DNA of 64,000 nucleotides from Phycisphaerales bacterium (GTDB taxonomy: Bacteria; Planctomycetota; Phycisphaerae; SM23-33): the NCBI GenBank assembly GCA_018644725.1, contig JABGPZ010000054.1, positions 4,502 to 68,501 of the forward strand, written 5' to 3'. The notes below the pieces were generated by a model. That model was not told where the DNA came from and ran no database searches. It saw only the letters and a program-made list of their open reading frames with translations. The position numbers were made by a program, and so were the translations under genes. Of the stretch, positions 52,553 through 61,200 are shown piece by piece; the stretch's first letter is position 1, and every line of letters starts with the position of its first letter.

Positions 52553-54370
52553 ATGAAACGACTCTGTCTATGCCTCGTTCTTCTACTCGCCGCGATTGCT
52601 CTGGGAGACACTGTATTCCTCGCGGATGGGAGCAAACTCGTGGGGACCGTGACCAAAGACGGGACGACCGTCCACGTTCAAACCCCCGATGGCAAACGCG
52701 TCACGCTGAAGTCTTCGGATGTCCTCTATGTCAGTACGGGCGTTAAAAAACCGACCGGCCCCGATCCGCTCAAGCCCTCCCTGAAACCGAAGGCCACGCC
52801 AACGACGCCCGGCCCGGCCAAGCCCAATCCAGCCAGCCCAAGATCAGCGTCAACCACGAAGTATCACTCGACAGATAAGACCACCGTCATCAACCGCCCC
52901 CAAAGCCGCGTGTTTCTTGCGATGCGCCTGCTCGCTGCCAACAAAGCCGGTCCAGAATCCAAAACCGCCGTCACCGTCCGCCACTATCGCTCCCTGGTCC
53001 ATGACCGCAAGCGGAACATTGCAGGACGCTGGTACGAGCCGAAAGACTATATCGATCGCCGCGAAAAAGCGCTCGCCATCGCGCGTGACGCTGCGGCCGA
53101 TCTGAAAAAAGGCGCCAAAAAGCTCGAACCGTTCAAACTCAAAACCACGACCACCCGCAATCGCACCACAGGCCGGCTCGAACGCGGGGTCAGTACGAGC
53201 GAACGCAACCGCGCCCTGCGCTACAATCAAGAACTCCAGGAAATCAGAGTCGCACAGCTCGAAGGCCGCAAAAAAATGAAGCAGGCCGGACTCATGTTCC
53301 CCGAATATGAAGTGCGCGTATTCATGCTCGGCTGCGGCGCCTATCAAAGCGGTGCCTATCCCGACGCCCTGATGCACTTTTCCAAACTCGCCAAGGAACG
53401 CCCGAACATGGTCGTCTATCAACAGGCCTATGCGATGGCCTGCATAAAACGCAAATCCTATGACCGCGGCATCAAGGCGCTCATCGCGACGCTCGAACTC
53501 GACCCGACCAACGGCGAATTGCGCGAGCTGATCGCCAGCACGCTCAAACAACTTCCCGGCAAAGAAATTCACTCCGACACCGTCAAGCTCGCCAAGGCAG
53601 CCCTCAAGAAGACCAAACCCTTCAGCAAAACCCGCAGCGGCTATTCCTCGCTCGCGAGCAGCTCCTCCGGCGACGAGTCGATCCGCTGGCTGTTCCCGGC
53701 CAAGCCAGTGACCAACGCGCAATACCAACTCCCCAATCACCCCTACGACCGCTTCAACGACTATCAGGGCGTCGCCGTCCCGATCGGCCCACACACGCTG
53801 ATGGTAGACCGCAACGTCGTTTCCGATGCGGCACAGATCATCATCCACATCGATGCGAACACCAGCGTCGTCGGCAAGGCCAAAACCTCCTATGCCCGCG
53901 GGCTGCCGGTGACGACCGTCGAAGTGCGTTCGCACGTCTTCAAGCCTGTAGAGCTCGTTGGGCTCGAAGAGCGCGATGCCGCCAAAAATACCAGCGTGTT
54001 CTCGACAAACTATCTCCCAGAAATGAACAAGACGAACATCAACCTCATCCGCCAACAGCAGATTGATTTCAAAACCATACTCGACGGCAAGACCAAGCTC
54101 TTCATGCCCGGCGAATCGGGCGGGCCGATCATGACCGCCGATGGCAAATTGCTGGGCTTCCTCTCTGGCTGGACCGACTGCCTCGAAGACGATCCCGAGT
54201 TCATCCTCGCCGACCACAAAGACCTCGAGCGCACCATAAAAAGTGCCAACCGCGACCCGAGCAAATACTCTTCTGCCCCCGTAGTCGATACCTCCAAGCT
54301 CCCGCGCGCCAAGGGCAACACCTTCCTGATCTATTCGCTCGGCGGCGAAAAATTCGAACTGAAAAAATAG
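52553..54370 (+). CDS. secreted TPR-containing protein with C-terminal trypsin-like (GxSGGP) domain
   Basis: AAAGGAGA RBS before the ATG at 52553 and a signal peptide (LCLCLVLLLAAIALG). Pro-rich linker and TPR-like helices. C-terminal PGESGGPIM motif resembling the serine-protease GDSGGP. The first 463 codons of the track ORF (51164-) are antisense to aroA and were rejected. Confidence 0.65.
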   Translation: MKRLCLCLVLLLAAIALGDTVFLADGSKLVGTVTKDGTTVHVQTPDGKRVTLKSSDVLYVSTGVKKPTGPDPLKPSLKPKATPTTPGPAKPNPASPRSASTTKYHSTDKTTVINRPQSRVFLAMRLLAANKAGPESKTAVTVRHYRSLVHDRKRNIAGRWYEPKDYIDRREKALAIARDAAADLKKGAKKLEPFKLKTTTTRNRTTGRLERGVSTSERNRALRYNQELQEIRVAQLEGRKKMKQAGLMFPEYEVRVFMLGCGAYQSGAYPDALMHFSKLAKERPNMVVYQQAYAMACIKRKSYDRGIKALIATLELDPTNGELRELIASTLKQLPGKEIHSDTVKLAKAALKKTKPFSKTRSGYSSLASSSSGDESIRWLFPAKPVTNAQYQLPNHPYDRFNDYQGVAVPIGPHTLMVDRNVVSDAAQIIIHIDANTSVVGKAKTSYARGLPVTTVEVRSHVFKPVELVGLEERDAAKNTSVFSTNYLPEMNKTNINLIRQQQIDFKTILDGKTKLFMPGESGGPIMTADGKLLGFLSGWTDCLEDDPEFILADHKDLERTIKSANRDPSKYSSAPVVDTSKLPRAKGNTFLIYSLGGEKFELKK

Positions 54371-54378
54371 ATAACCCA

Positions 54379-54431
54379 TGTTGGGTGCCATGGCCTGCAC
54401 TGCGGAGCTTGCGACGCAGGACAGCCATGAT
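54379..54431 (+). repeat. left inverted repeat of the low-GC cassette
   Basis: TGTTGGGTGCCATGGCCTGCAC...GGACAGCCATGAT. Pairs with 54987-55037 (outer block 21/22, inner block 13/13). Confidence 0.8.
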
Positions 54432-54449
54432 AGAATCAAAAGGAGAGAT

Positions 54450-54944
54450 ATGTCCAATACAATTACATTGCTTAGTGAACACCGCGAGATTGAACAATCC
54501 GTTTGTGATGCAAAAGTAGTAGCAGTTCGTTGGGATTTGGTCCCGTGGGGCCTTGTCATAGATATTGATGTCCCCCTGTCCGAAGCCGAAAACGCCCCCT
54601 TACACCGTGCATGGATCGTTTTTGATGGTATGAATGAAATCAATTGGAATTTCAATAATTCCAGACTCCCTGATGGAATCTGGCTTACGAGCAACGCCCT
54701 CGTTAAGCAACAAACAAATGGGGGTTTGAAGTTCACAATTGCGACACTTCTCCCCAAATTCTCCGAAAACGAGCCACTGCCTGATACTGGTGAAGATTTC
54801 GGGCTATCCATAACTGCAAAAAATATTCTTGTCTTTCGAAGTGACAAATCCATCTCGCCTGGAAAATACGGCCTCACTCGCCAACAACGCCTCTCACTGG
54901 CTGATGACACTTGTCTTCTTGATACTGTCACACGCTGTTTATAG
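54450..54944 (+). CDS. hypothetical protein (164 aa), passenger ORF of an inverted-repeat-flanked low-GC cassette
   Basis: AAGGAGA RBS 5 nt before the ATG at 54450. AT-rich codon usage unlike neighbours. No family recognised. Confidence 0.45.
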   Translation: MSNTITLLSEHREIEQSVCDAKVVAVRWDLVPWGLVIDIDVPLSEAENAPLHRAWIVFDGMNEINWNFNNSRLPDGIWLTSNALVKQQTNGGLKFTIATLLPKFSENEPLPDTGEDFGLSITAKNILVFRSDKSISPGKYGLTRQQRLSLADDTCLLDTVTRCL

Positions 54945-54986
54945 TTGGGGAAAGAATAAGTTCGCAAAATTATAGGCAGAAAATCA

Positions 54987-55037
54987 ATCATGGCTGTCCG
55001 CGACGAGTACGTCACGTGCAGGCCATGGCACCCAGCA
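54987..55037 (-). repeat. right inverted repeat of the low-GC cassette
   Basis: The reverse complement reads TGCTGGGTGCCATGGCCTGCAC...GGACAGCCATGAT. Confidence 0.8.
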
Positions 55038-55072
55038 TTCAAATAGTAACTTAGTGCCTATCCTACTATGCG

Positions 55073-56266
55073 CTATCGCACCGTAAGGAAATATTCCATG
55101 AGGCGGAAGCCGCGGTCAATGTGAAGGTCGCCGCGAGCATTGGCGACTGCTTCGCTGAAACCACCCGTGACGGTATGGGTCATTCGTTCGCCAGCGATCA
55201 CCACGGGAACGTCGTCGCGGAGATAGTTGCGCTCGTCGCACCCTGCGGCAATGCCGGGCGTGACCATCATGCGCCAAGGCTGGCCCATGCGGCGGACCGA
55301 GTCCAGCAACGGGCCGATGACGTGGGCGTCGATCTGTTCAATCGTGCGTACTTTTTCGGTAGGATTGCCCGCCAGCGATGCCAGCGAGGGCCCTTCGAGG
55401 TGGACCGTCACTAAATCGTGCGTGTCCAGAGCCTCAGCAGCGGCCTTGCCGACCGCGGGATAGTCCACGTCCGCCAATTCCAGTGCATACGCGGGCGCAA
55501 CCGGCTGGATCCAGCCCAGCAACGACGTCAGGCCGCGCATGTAATTACTCGATGAAATTCCGAACGCTTTGAGATTGTAGCGCCCCTCAAATTTGCTGAG
55601 CGTCGGCCGTTTCCCCTGGCCCCAGATCCACGCGTCGGTAACGGTGTTCTCGCCAAGGTCTTCACGGACATGGTTGATCTCGCTCTGGGCAAGAAATTCG
55701 CGAACACGTTCCATCAGCGCCAGCAGCACGTCGGCCGAGCCGCTGCGCGGGAGGTGCGGGCGATAGCGTTTGGAGAGGAATGTCTGCGGTGCGGTCGTGG
55801 TCACCGCCCACTCGCCGGGGAACAGCACAAGGTTGCGATATTGCTGGGAATGGATCAGCTTCACACCGGCCTGTTTGAGCGCGGCACTGAGCTGTTCGAG
55901 CAGCGCGGTGGCCTCGGGCGTGCTGAGCGATCCGGCGGTAATGTCCTCGAGGACCTCGTCGATGATCGTGACAAAATCGAAGCGGAAGACCGTCTTGTCG
56001 CGCGGCAGATTCACGCCGGCACCGATGGCTTCGAGCGGCGCAATGCCGGTAAAGTAGCGACACGGATCGTATCCCAACAGCGACATCATCGCCGTTGACG
56101 CGCGCGGGGCAAGCGCGGGCGACTGCGTACGGACCACTCCGGCGCGGCCAAGTTCGACCAGCGCATCCATGTTCGGCGTCTTGGCGGCTTCGAGGGGCGT
56201 CTTGCCCTTGAGGTCGGCGAGAGGCTTCTCCGAGGCGCCCTCAGGAATCACGATCACATATTTCAT
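55073..56266 (-). CDS. cofactor-independent phosphoglycerate mutase (ApgM)-family protein; possible homoserine kinase analogue
   Basis: MKYVIVIPEGASEKPLADLKGKTPLEAAKTPNMDAL...LLGYDP matches the ApgM/metalloenzyme superfamily N-terminus. Lies 1 nt downstream of hom on the same strand. Confidence 0.8.
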   Translation of the reverse strand: MKYVIVIPEGASEKPLADLKGKTPLEAAKTPNMDALVELGRAGVVRTQSPALAPRASTAMMSLLGYDPCRYFTGIAPLEAIGAGVNLPRDKTVFRFDFVTIIDEVLEDITAGSLSTPEATALLEQLSAALKQAGVKLIHSQQYRNLVLFPGEWAVTTTAPQTFLSKRYRPHLPRSGSADVLLALMERVREFLAQSEINHVREDLGENTVTDAWIWGQGKRPTLSKFEGRYNLKAFGISSSNYMRGLTSLLGWIQPVAPAYALELADVDYPAVGKAAAEALDTHDLVTVHLEGPSLASLAGNPTEKVRTIEQIDAHVIGPLLDSVRRMGQPWRMMVTPGIAAGCDERNYLRDDVPVVIAGERMTHTVTGGFSEAVANARGDLHIDRGFRLMEYFLTVR

Positions 56267-56267
56267 G

Positions 56268-57602
56268 CTAGATTTCCGTTAGTTCTTCGGGGTGTTCGTC
56301 AACGATGCCAATCACGACACTCGGGCCGTCGATGTCATCGAGCGCGTCGATGCGTTTCATGGCGTCCTGAAGGTCGCCTTCTTTAGCGCGATAGGTTGTA
56401 ATCACCAGCGGGCGGAAGTCGTCGGCCTCGCGGCGTGTTTCATGCTGGAGGACCGAGCAGATGCTGATGTTGTGCTCGCCAAGGATCGTCGAGGCCTGAG
56501 CCAACACGCCGGGATGATCGTCGACCATCATGCGGATGTAGTAGCGGCTTCGGACACTGCGCAAGGGCAGCTGGACGGCCGGAGCGTTGCGGTCGGGCCA
56601 AACGCCCAACGATGCAAATTCGTGTGCTGCCGCGCCCGAGGCAACCTGGCAGATATCGCCCACCACGGCACTGGCGGTCGGCATGCCCCCCGCCCCGCGG
56701 CCATAATACATCGTGTGACCGGTAGCGTGGCCATAGACACTCACGGCATTGAACGGGCCGGAAATCCAGGCCAACGGGTGTTCGAGAGAAATGAACACCG
56801 GCTTGACGCGCAGGGAAATCCCATCATGGAACCGCTGAGCAATCGCCAGCAGCTTCACGACGTAGCCCAACTCGTGGCCCCATTTGACATCACACGATTC
56901 GAGCGAGTCGATCCCCTCGGTGGGAATCTGATCGACGTCGACCTGCATACCATAGGCCAGTGAAGCGAGGATCGCGAGCTTGTGTGCCGAGTCGCCGCCG
57001 CCAACGTCGAGGGCGGGATCCGCTTCGGCAAGGCCATCGCGCTGAGCGTCGGCCAAGGCCTCGTCATAGCTTTGGCCCGTCTGGGTCATCTCAGTGAGAA
57101 TATAGTTGCACGTGCCGTTGACAATGCCATACAGCGCGTCGATGCGATTGGCGAGAAGTGAATTGAGCGAACGGATCAGCGGAATTCCGCCGCCGCAGCT
57201 CGCCTCGAGAGAAATCGTCACGCCCTTGGCGCGAGCAAGGCCGAACAGCTCTACGCCATATTTGGCCATCAAGGCCTTGTTGGCCGTCACGACATGCTTC
57301 CCGGCGGTGACCGCCTGGGTCACGATGTCGCGCGCGAGTGTCGTCCCGCCAATGAGTTCAACGATCAGCTCGACGTCATCGTCGGCCATGACCGTTGCAA
57401 TGTCATCACAGAATTTTGTTTCCGTCAAGTCCAGCTTGCGCGCCATGTCAAAATTTACATCGACAATGTACCGAAGCTCAATCTCACGCCCAACACGCTC
57501 AGCGAGCGCTTGGCGCTGGGAATCCAACAAGACGCAGGTCGCGCCGCCTACGGTTCCACAACCGACGACAGCAACAACAAATGGGGGTTTCGCGGTCTCC
57601 AT
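56268..57602 (-). CDS. hom: homoserine dehydrogenase
   Basis: NAD-binding VVGCGTVGG, homoserine DH catalytic domain, and a C-terminal ACT domain. AAGGAAGGAGG RBS. Confidence 0.95.
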   Translation of the reverse strand: METAKPPFVVAVVGCGTVGGATCVLLDSQRQALAERVGREIELRYIVDVNFDMARKLDLTETKFCDDIATVMADDDVELIVELIGGTTLARDIVTQAVTAGKHVVTANKALMAKYGVELFGLARAKGVTISLEASCGGGIPLIRSLNSLLANRIDALYGIVNGTCNYILTEMTQTGQSYDEALADAQRDGLAEADPALDVGGGDSAHKLAILASLAYGMQVDVDQIPTEGIDSLESCDVKWGHELGYVVKLLAIAQRFHDGISLRVKPVFISLEHPLAWISGPFNAVSVYGHATGHTMYYGRGAGGMPTASAVVGDICQVASGAAAHEFASLGVWPDRNAPAVQLPLRSVRSRYYIRMMVDDHPGVLAQASTILGEHNISICSVLQHETRREADDFRPLVITTYRAKEGDLQDAMKRIDALDDIDGPSVVIGIVDEHPEELTEI

Positions 57603-57838
57603 CAGGAGGCCTCCTTCCTTTGAGGAAAAGTCATATAAGGCATACTACGAATTTGGGCAGAAAATAGCAAGATGCCTCAAGAAATTCTGCCAAGTGTCCG
57701 ATAAGTAAGGTAGAAAGGATTTCTTATGAAAACCCACGAAACGAACACGGATGTTCCGATGGCCTGGGAGTTGGTTCTGATTGCCGCTTGGTTTGCTTTG
57801 GCGATCTTGACTATTACCGTCAGCTAGTGAAACCGTAG

Positions 57839-58567
57839 TTATTCAAACAAGCTGCTTCCGATACGGACGATGGTTGCCCCCTCTTCCACGGCCGTGATGT
57901 AGTCGTTGCTCATGCCCATCGAAAGATGCGCAAAATGCTCGCCGACATTCCGGTTTGTTTTCATATCGGTAAACAGTTCCCGCAACCGGCGGAACGAATT
58001 TCGCGGCTCGCCTTCGGCTCGCTTGAGAGGCCCCATCGTCATCAATCCGCAAAGACGGATGTGAGGCATCTGGGACATTTCTTCCCCGAGCGACTCGGCC
58101 GCCCCCACGGCGCAGCCATATTTTTGATCTTCCATGCTGCAATTGACCTGAAGGAGGACGTTGACAAACGGAATGTCCTCGGCCTTGGCGCGGGTTGAAA
58201 TTTCTTCTGCCAGGCGTAGCGAATCCACGGAATGGATCAAGCAGACCTTGCCGAGAATCGCGCGGACCTTGTTGCGCTGAAGATGGCCGATCATGTGCCA
58301 ACGAATCGGCTTGGGCAATTCCGAACGTCGCCGCGAAACCCAACCAGTGATGTCATCCATGCGATCCACCAGTTGCTGTACGCGACTTTCGGCGATATCA
58401 AATTGCCCCGCTTCCACGAGGTTGCGGATGGTGTCAGGCTCCACCGATTTGCTCACACCCACAATGTGAACCTCGCTCGGGTCTCGCCCGATGCGTTGGC
58501 AGGCCTCGTCAATGGAGACACGAATCGTCTGAAGATTCTTCGCGATTCGATTTTTCGTTACAGCCAT
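57839..58567 (-). CDS. yggS: YggS family pyridoxal-phosphate-binding protein
   Basis: VGVSKS (PLP lysine), HMIGHLQRNK, LSMGMSNDY and a VRIGSSLF C-terminus. Start at the ATG at 58567 after AAGGA; the track ORF to 58771 was rejected. Confidence 0.85.
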   Translation of the reverse strand: MAVTKNRIAKNLQTIRVSIDEACQRIGRDPSEVHIVGVSKSVEPDTIRNLVEAGQFDIAESRVQQLVDRMDDITGWVSRRRSELPKPIRWHMIGHLQRNKVRAILGKVCLIHSVDSLRLAEEISTRAKAEDIPFVNVLLQVNCSMEDQKYGCAVGAAESLGEEMSQMPHIRLCGLMTMGPLKRAEGEPRNSFRRLRELFTDMKTNRNVGEHFAHLSMGMSNDYITAVEEGATIVRIGSSLFE

Positions 58568-58625
58568 ATCAACATCCTTTTTGCTTTGGCCTATCAGTTC
58601 CATCCATGGTGCGCATGCGCCATCA

Positions 58626-59870
58626 TCAGCCGCGTTTCGACCCGGCGGCACAATAGTCATTGTAGAAATCAGTGATCGTATTTTCCCGGTAGAACAGGTG
58701 GTGCGACGAAGGTCCGGCCGCCTTGAGCAACGCGGTCCATGTCGCATTGACTGTTTCAAGCTTTTCATCATAGGTAATCAGGATCAGGGTGCAACCCGCC
58801 TTTTTGATTTCTTCGCCGAGGGCCTTGGCATCCACAATTTCGCGCGGGCCAGGGAAAAGGACCAACGTTTTTGGCTTGTAGGTAAGCGCCTTGCGAATGG
58901 CGGTGGGAACGTCGCTACGCCCCTCCAACTTCAACGTCCCGCCTTCAATTTCACGCGAGACCCGTTTTCGAATTTTCGACAAGTCCGCACGCCCCCTCGG
59001 GCGCAACGGCACGATCTGCTCGGGCTCACCCTCGCGTGCGAGAATAATCCCCATCTTCCTCTGTACGGTGGTGATCGCGCTCAGGCGCACCATCGCCATC
59101 GACATGTCATACTGTGGCCGCATCGCTCCGCCGCCGTCGACGCAATAGATCACTGGCGCCTTGAGCGGAATGGTCCCCGCAAACGTCAGTGTGGATCCGA
59201 CGACATAGGGATTGATCTCAGAGTATCCATCGTCGAACACTTTCAAGCGTTCGCTGGGTTCGCCGGAGCCGCCAGTGCTGCCGGGACCCACCGGAACATC
59301 GTCTCCACCGGAGAGCTGGATCATAATGATCACAGACGTCACCAGCATCAGAACAATCGCAGCAAGCATCACAATCACGGCAATGCCTTGGAGCTTGACC
59401 GGGCTGGCCATGGGAATCGACGCAAGTTGGTCATCGGACAGTTGAGACATGTCGACCTTGGTCGTCTCGTACACGGTTCCGGCCGATTTGCGAGCATGAC
59501 GGGAAGAAATTTTCGGGCTCGCGAGATTTGAAATTTTGGTCTGTGCAGGGCGCGACGGGCGCTTGGGGGATTTCGTTGAAACTATCGGGCGCGGTTTGTT
59601 TGCCGCGTGACGCAGGCCACTGCTGCCCGGACTCGACGGGCGGGCGCCGGGGCTGTCGGGACGCGAGAGAGGTTCGGGACTGCTGCGGCGCAACAAGCCA
59701 CTCCCCGCAAGACCGCTCAGGCCCGTGCCACCACGTTTGGCGGCCGACTCTGGAACGAGTACAATCGCCTTGCAATAGGGGCAACGGCACATGCCGCCCG
59801 CAAATCCCTGGTCCACGGAAATCCGTTTCCTGCAATCGGCGCAGCGAATTTTAATTGTCATCAAAATCAC
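58626..59870 (-). CDS. zinc-ribbon / TM / vWA-like domain protein
   Basis: N-terminal CADC...CPYC ribbon, Ser/Pro/Arg-rich linker, one TM helix (IAVIVMLAAIVLMLVTSVIIMI), and a C-terminal domain with a VIYCVDGGGAM vWA-like beta-strand/MIDAS-like start. Confidence 0.6.
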   Translation of the reverse strand: MILMTIKIRCADCRKRISVDQGFAGGMCRCPYCKAIVLVPESAAKRGGTGLSGLAGSGLLRRSSPEPLSRPDSPGARPSSPGSSGLRHAANKPRPIVSTKSPKRPSRPAQTKISNLASPKISSRHARKSAGTVYETTKVDMSQLSDDQLASIPMASPVKLQGIAVIVMLAAIVLMLVTSVIIMIQLSGGDDVPVGPGSTGGSGEPSERLKVFDDGYSEINPYVVGSTLTFAGTIPLKAPVIYCVDGGGAMRPQYDMSMAMVRLSAITTVQRKMGIILAREGEPEQIVPLRPRGRADLSKIRKRVSREIEGGTLKLEGRSDVPTAIRKALTYKPKTLVLFPGPREIVDAKALGEEIKKAGCTLILITYDEKLETVNATWTALLKAAGPSSHHLFYRENTITDFYNDYCAAGSKRG

Positions 59871-60007
59871 CTCGCATTAGTAACGATGGTCTCTGTACCA
59901 TTTTAGCTTACCGAAAAGACTGGCGGATAAAAAGAAAAAAATCGAATCACTCCCCCGCCGTGTCCCCATCCACAAATCAAGATGGCATCGCATCGCGCAC
60001 GATGAAA

Positions 60008-60754
60008 TTATTTTTCCCGCAAAGATGCGTCGCCAGCGAGGACAGAGATGCGTTCGCCGGCGGGGTTGAGCAGGATCAATTCGCCGCGCGGGCCGATGTC
60101 GACAAACTTCCCGCCGAGGCGATTACTCTGGCCCTCGGAGACGACGAGGTCTCGACCGATCCACGCCGCACGCGCCAGCCAATCTGCCCGGACGGCCTCA
60201 AAGCCCTCCAGCGCCCACTGGCCCAGTCGCGATTGCAACCGCGCCAAAACTCGCGCAAGAACCGCTTCGGTCTCGAACTCGCGGCCTGTCTCAATTCGCA
60301 TCGACGTCGCGGGTCGATCAATTCCCATCGCGGCCGACGACGTCATATTCACGTTCAGGCCCACGCCGACGACCACGCCGCGTCCGCCTGGAGGCCTCTC
60401 GCACAAAATCCCGCATAGTTTGCGCCCCTCGACCAGCACGTCGTTGGGCCACTTGACCTCGGCAGCAATGCCAAACTCATCGAGCGATTCGCACACCGCC
60501 AGTCCCACCACCAGCGGCAGCGTCATAGAGTGCTCGGCCTCGATCGGCAGGTCCAGAAACACCGAAAAGGTCAGATTCTCACCCGCGCCGGATTGCCACT
60601 GCCGGGACAATCTGCCCCGCCCGGCCGTCTGGCGACGCGCAGCCACAACCGCGCCCGATTCGCCCTCGCCACGCTCGGCAAGGCCCAGCAGGTGTCGATT
60701 CGTCGAGTCCAGCTCCTCAAACCATTGCACAGGATGAAGTTCCAACCATGTCAT
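60008..60754 (-). CDS. birA: biotin--[acetyl-CoA-carboxylase] ligase (group I, no N-terminal HTH)
   Basis: GRGRLSRQW biotin-binding loop motif. At 248 aa it is too short to carry the DNA-binding domain. Confidence 0.9.
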   Translation of the reverse strand: MTWLELHPVQWFEELDSTNRHLLGLAERGEGESGAVVAARRQTAGRGRLSRQWQSGAGENLTFSVFLDLPIEAEHSMTLPLVVGLAVCESLDEFGIAAEVKWPNDVLVEGRKLCGILCERPPGGRGVVVGVGLNVNMTSSAAMGIDRPATSMRIETGREFETEAVLARVLARLQSRLGQWALEGFEAVRADWLARAAWIGRDLVVSEGQSNRLGGKFVDIGPRGELILLNPAGERISVLAGDASLREK

Positions 60755-60948
60755 GCCCCTAGAATACCCGCCGCGAACGCCCGATGAAACAAAATAAATC
60801 CGCAGGCTGATAAAAAATCTCTCGCATCATTCTCTCGAATCCTTATAATGTTTCCCGATTGAAGGTTGCGTTCCGCAATTGCTCAATCTACAGACCGCGA
60901 ACACGCCTGCTGGGCAGGTGAAACCCCTATCGCAATGGAGACTCCAAC

Positions 60949-61152
60949 ATGACTCAAGGTTTCGTATTTCTCGTAGTCGGGATGGGAACAGTGTTCCTGT
61001 TCCTGCTCCTCATGGTCCTGACCATGAACCTCTCGGGCAAGATCTGCATGCTCTTCCCCGAACCCGTCGTCGAAGAACCCGCCCCACGTCCGGCCGCCGG
61101 TGGCGCCGAAGCGGAAATCGCTGCGGTCATCGCCATTGCCCGCGCTCAATAA
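60949..61152 (+). CDS. oadG: OadG family (decarboxylase gamma subunit) protein
   Basis: 67 aa with an N-terminal TM helix (GFVFLVVGMGTVFLFLLLMVL) and a position immediately upstream of oadA. GGAGA RBS. Confidence 0.7.
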   Translation: MTQGFVFLVVGMGTVFLFLLLMVLTMNLSGKICMLFPEPVVEEPAPRPAAGGAEAEIAAVIAIARAQ

Positions 61153-61200
61153 CACTCCCGAGAGACACTCTCATACCCTTCCATATAAAGGATTGCTGAA

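Larger units (their letters stand above)
54376..55040. mobile_element. candidate non-autonomous (MITE-like) cassette carrying one passenger ORF
   Basis: ~50-bp imperfect terminal inverted repeats, flanking AAATAG(A)TAAC direct repeats (54365-54375 and 55041-55050), an AT-rich interior, and no transposase. Confidence 0.35.

Noticed and set aside
52850-55042. 730-aa minus-strand ORF
   Set aside because: It is antisense to the TPR/trypsin-like gene and runs through the AT-rich cassette. It has no RBS or motif, and its composition is typical of a mirror ORF.
57726-57827. 33-aa plus-strand ORF (MKTHETNTDVPMAWELVLIAAWFALAILTITVS) with an AAAGGA upstream
   Set aside because: It lies antisense within the hom promoter and leader region (TTGCTA-N17-TAGTAT on the minus strand). 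It is too short, and there is no supporting terminator or conservation evidence. It is kept only as a note.
60755-60948. Possible BirA operator (bioO-like palindrome) in the birA/oadG spacer
   Set aside because: This BirA lacks the N-terminal HTH domain, so it should not bind DNA. I also found no long palindrome in the spacer.
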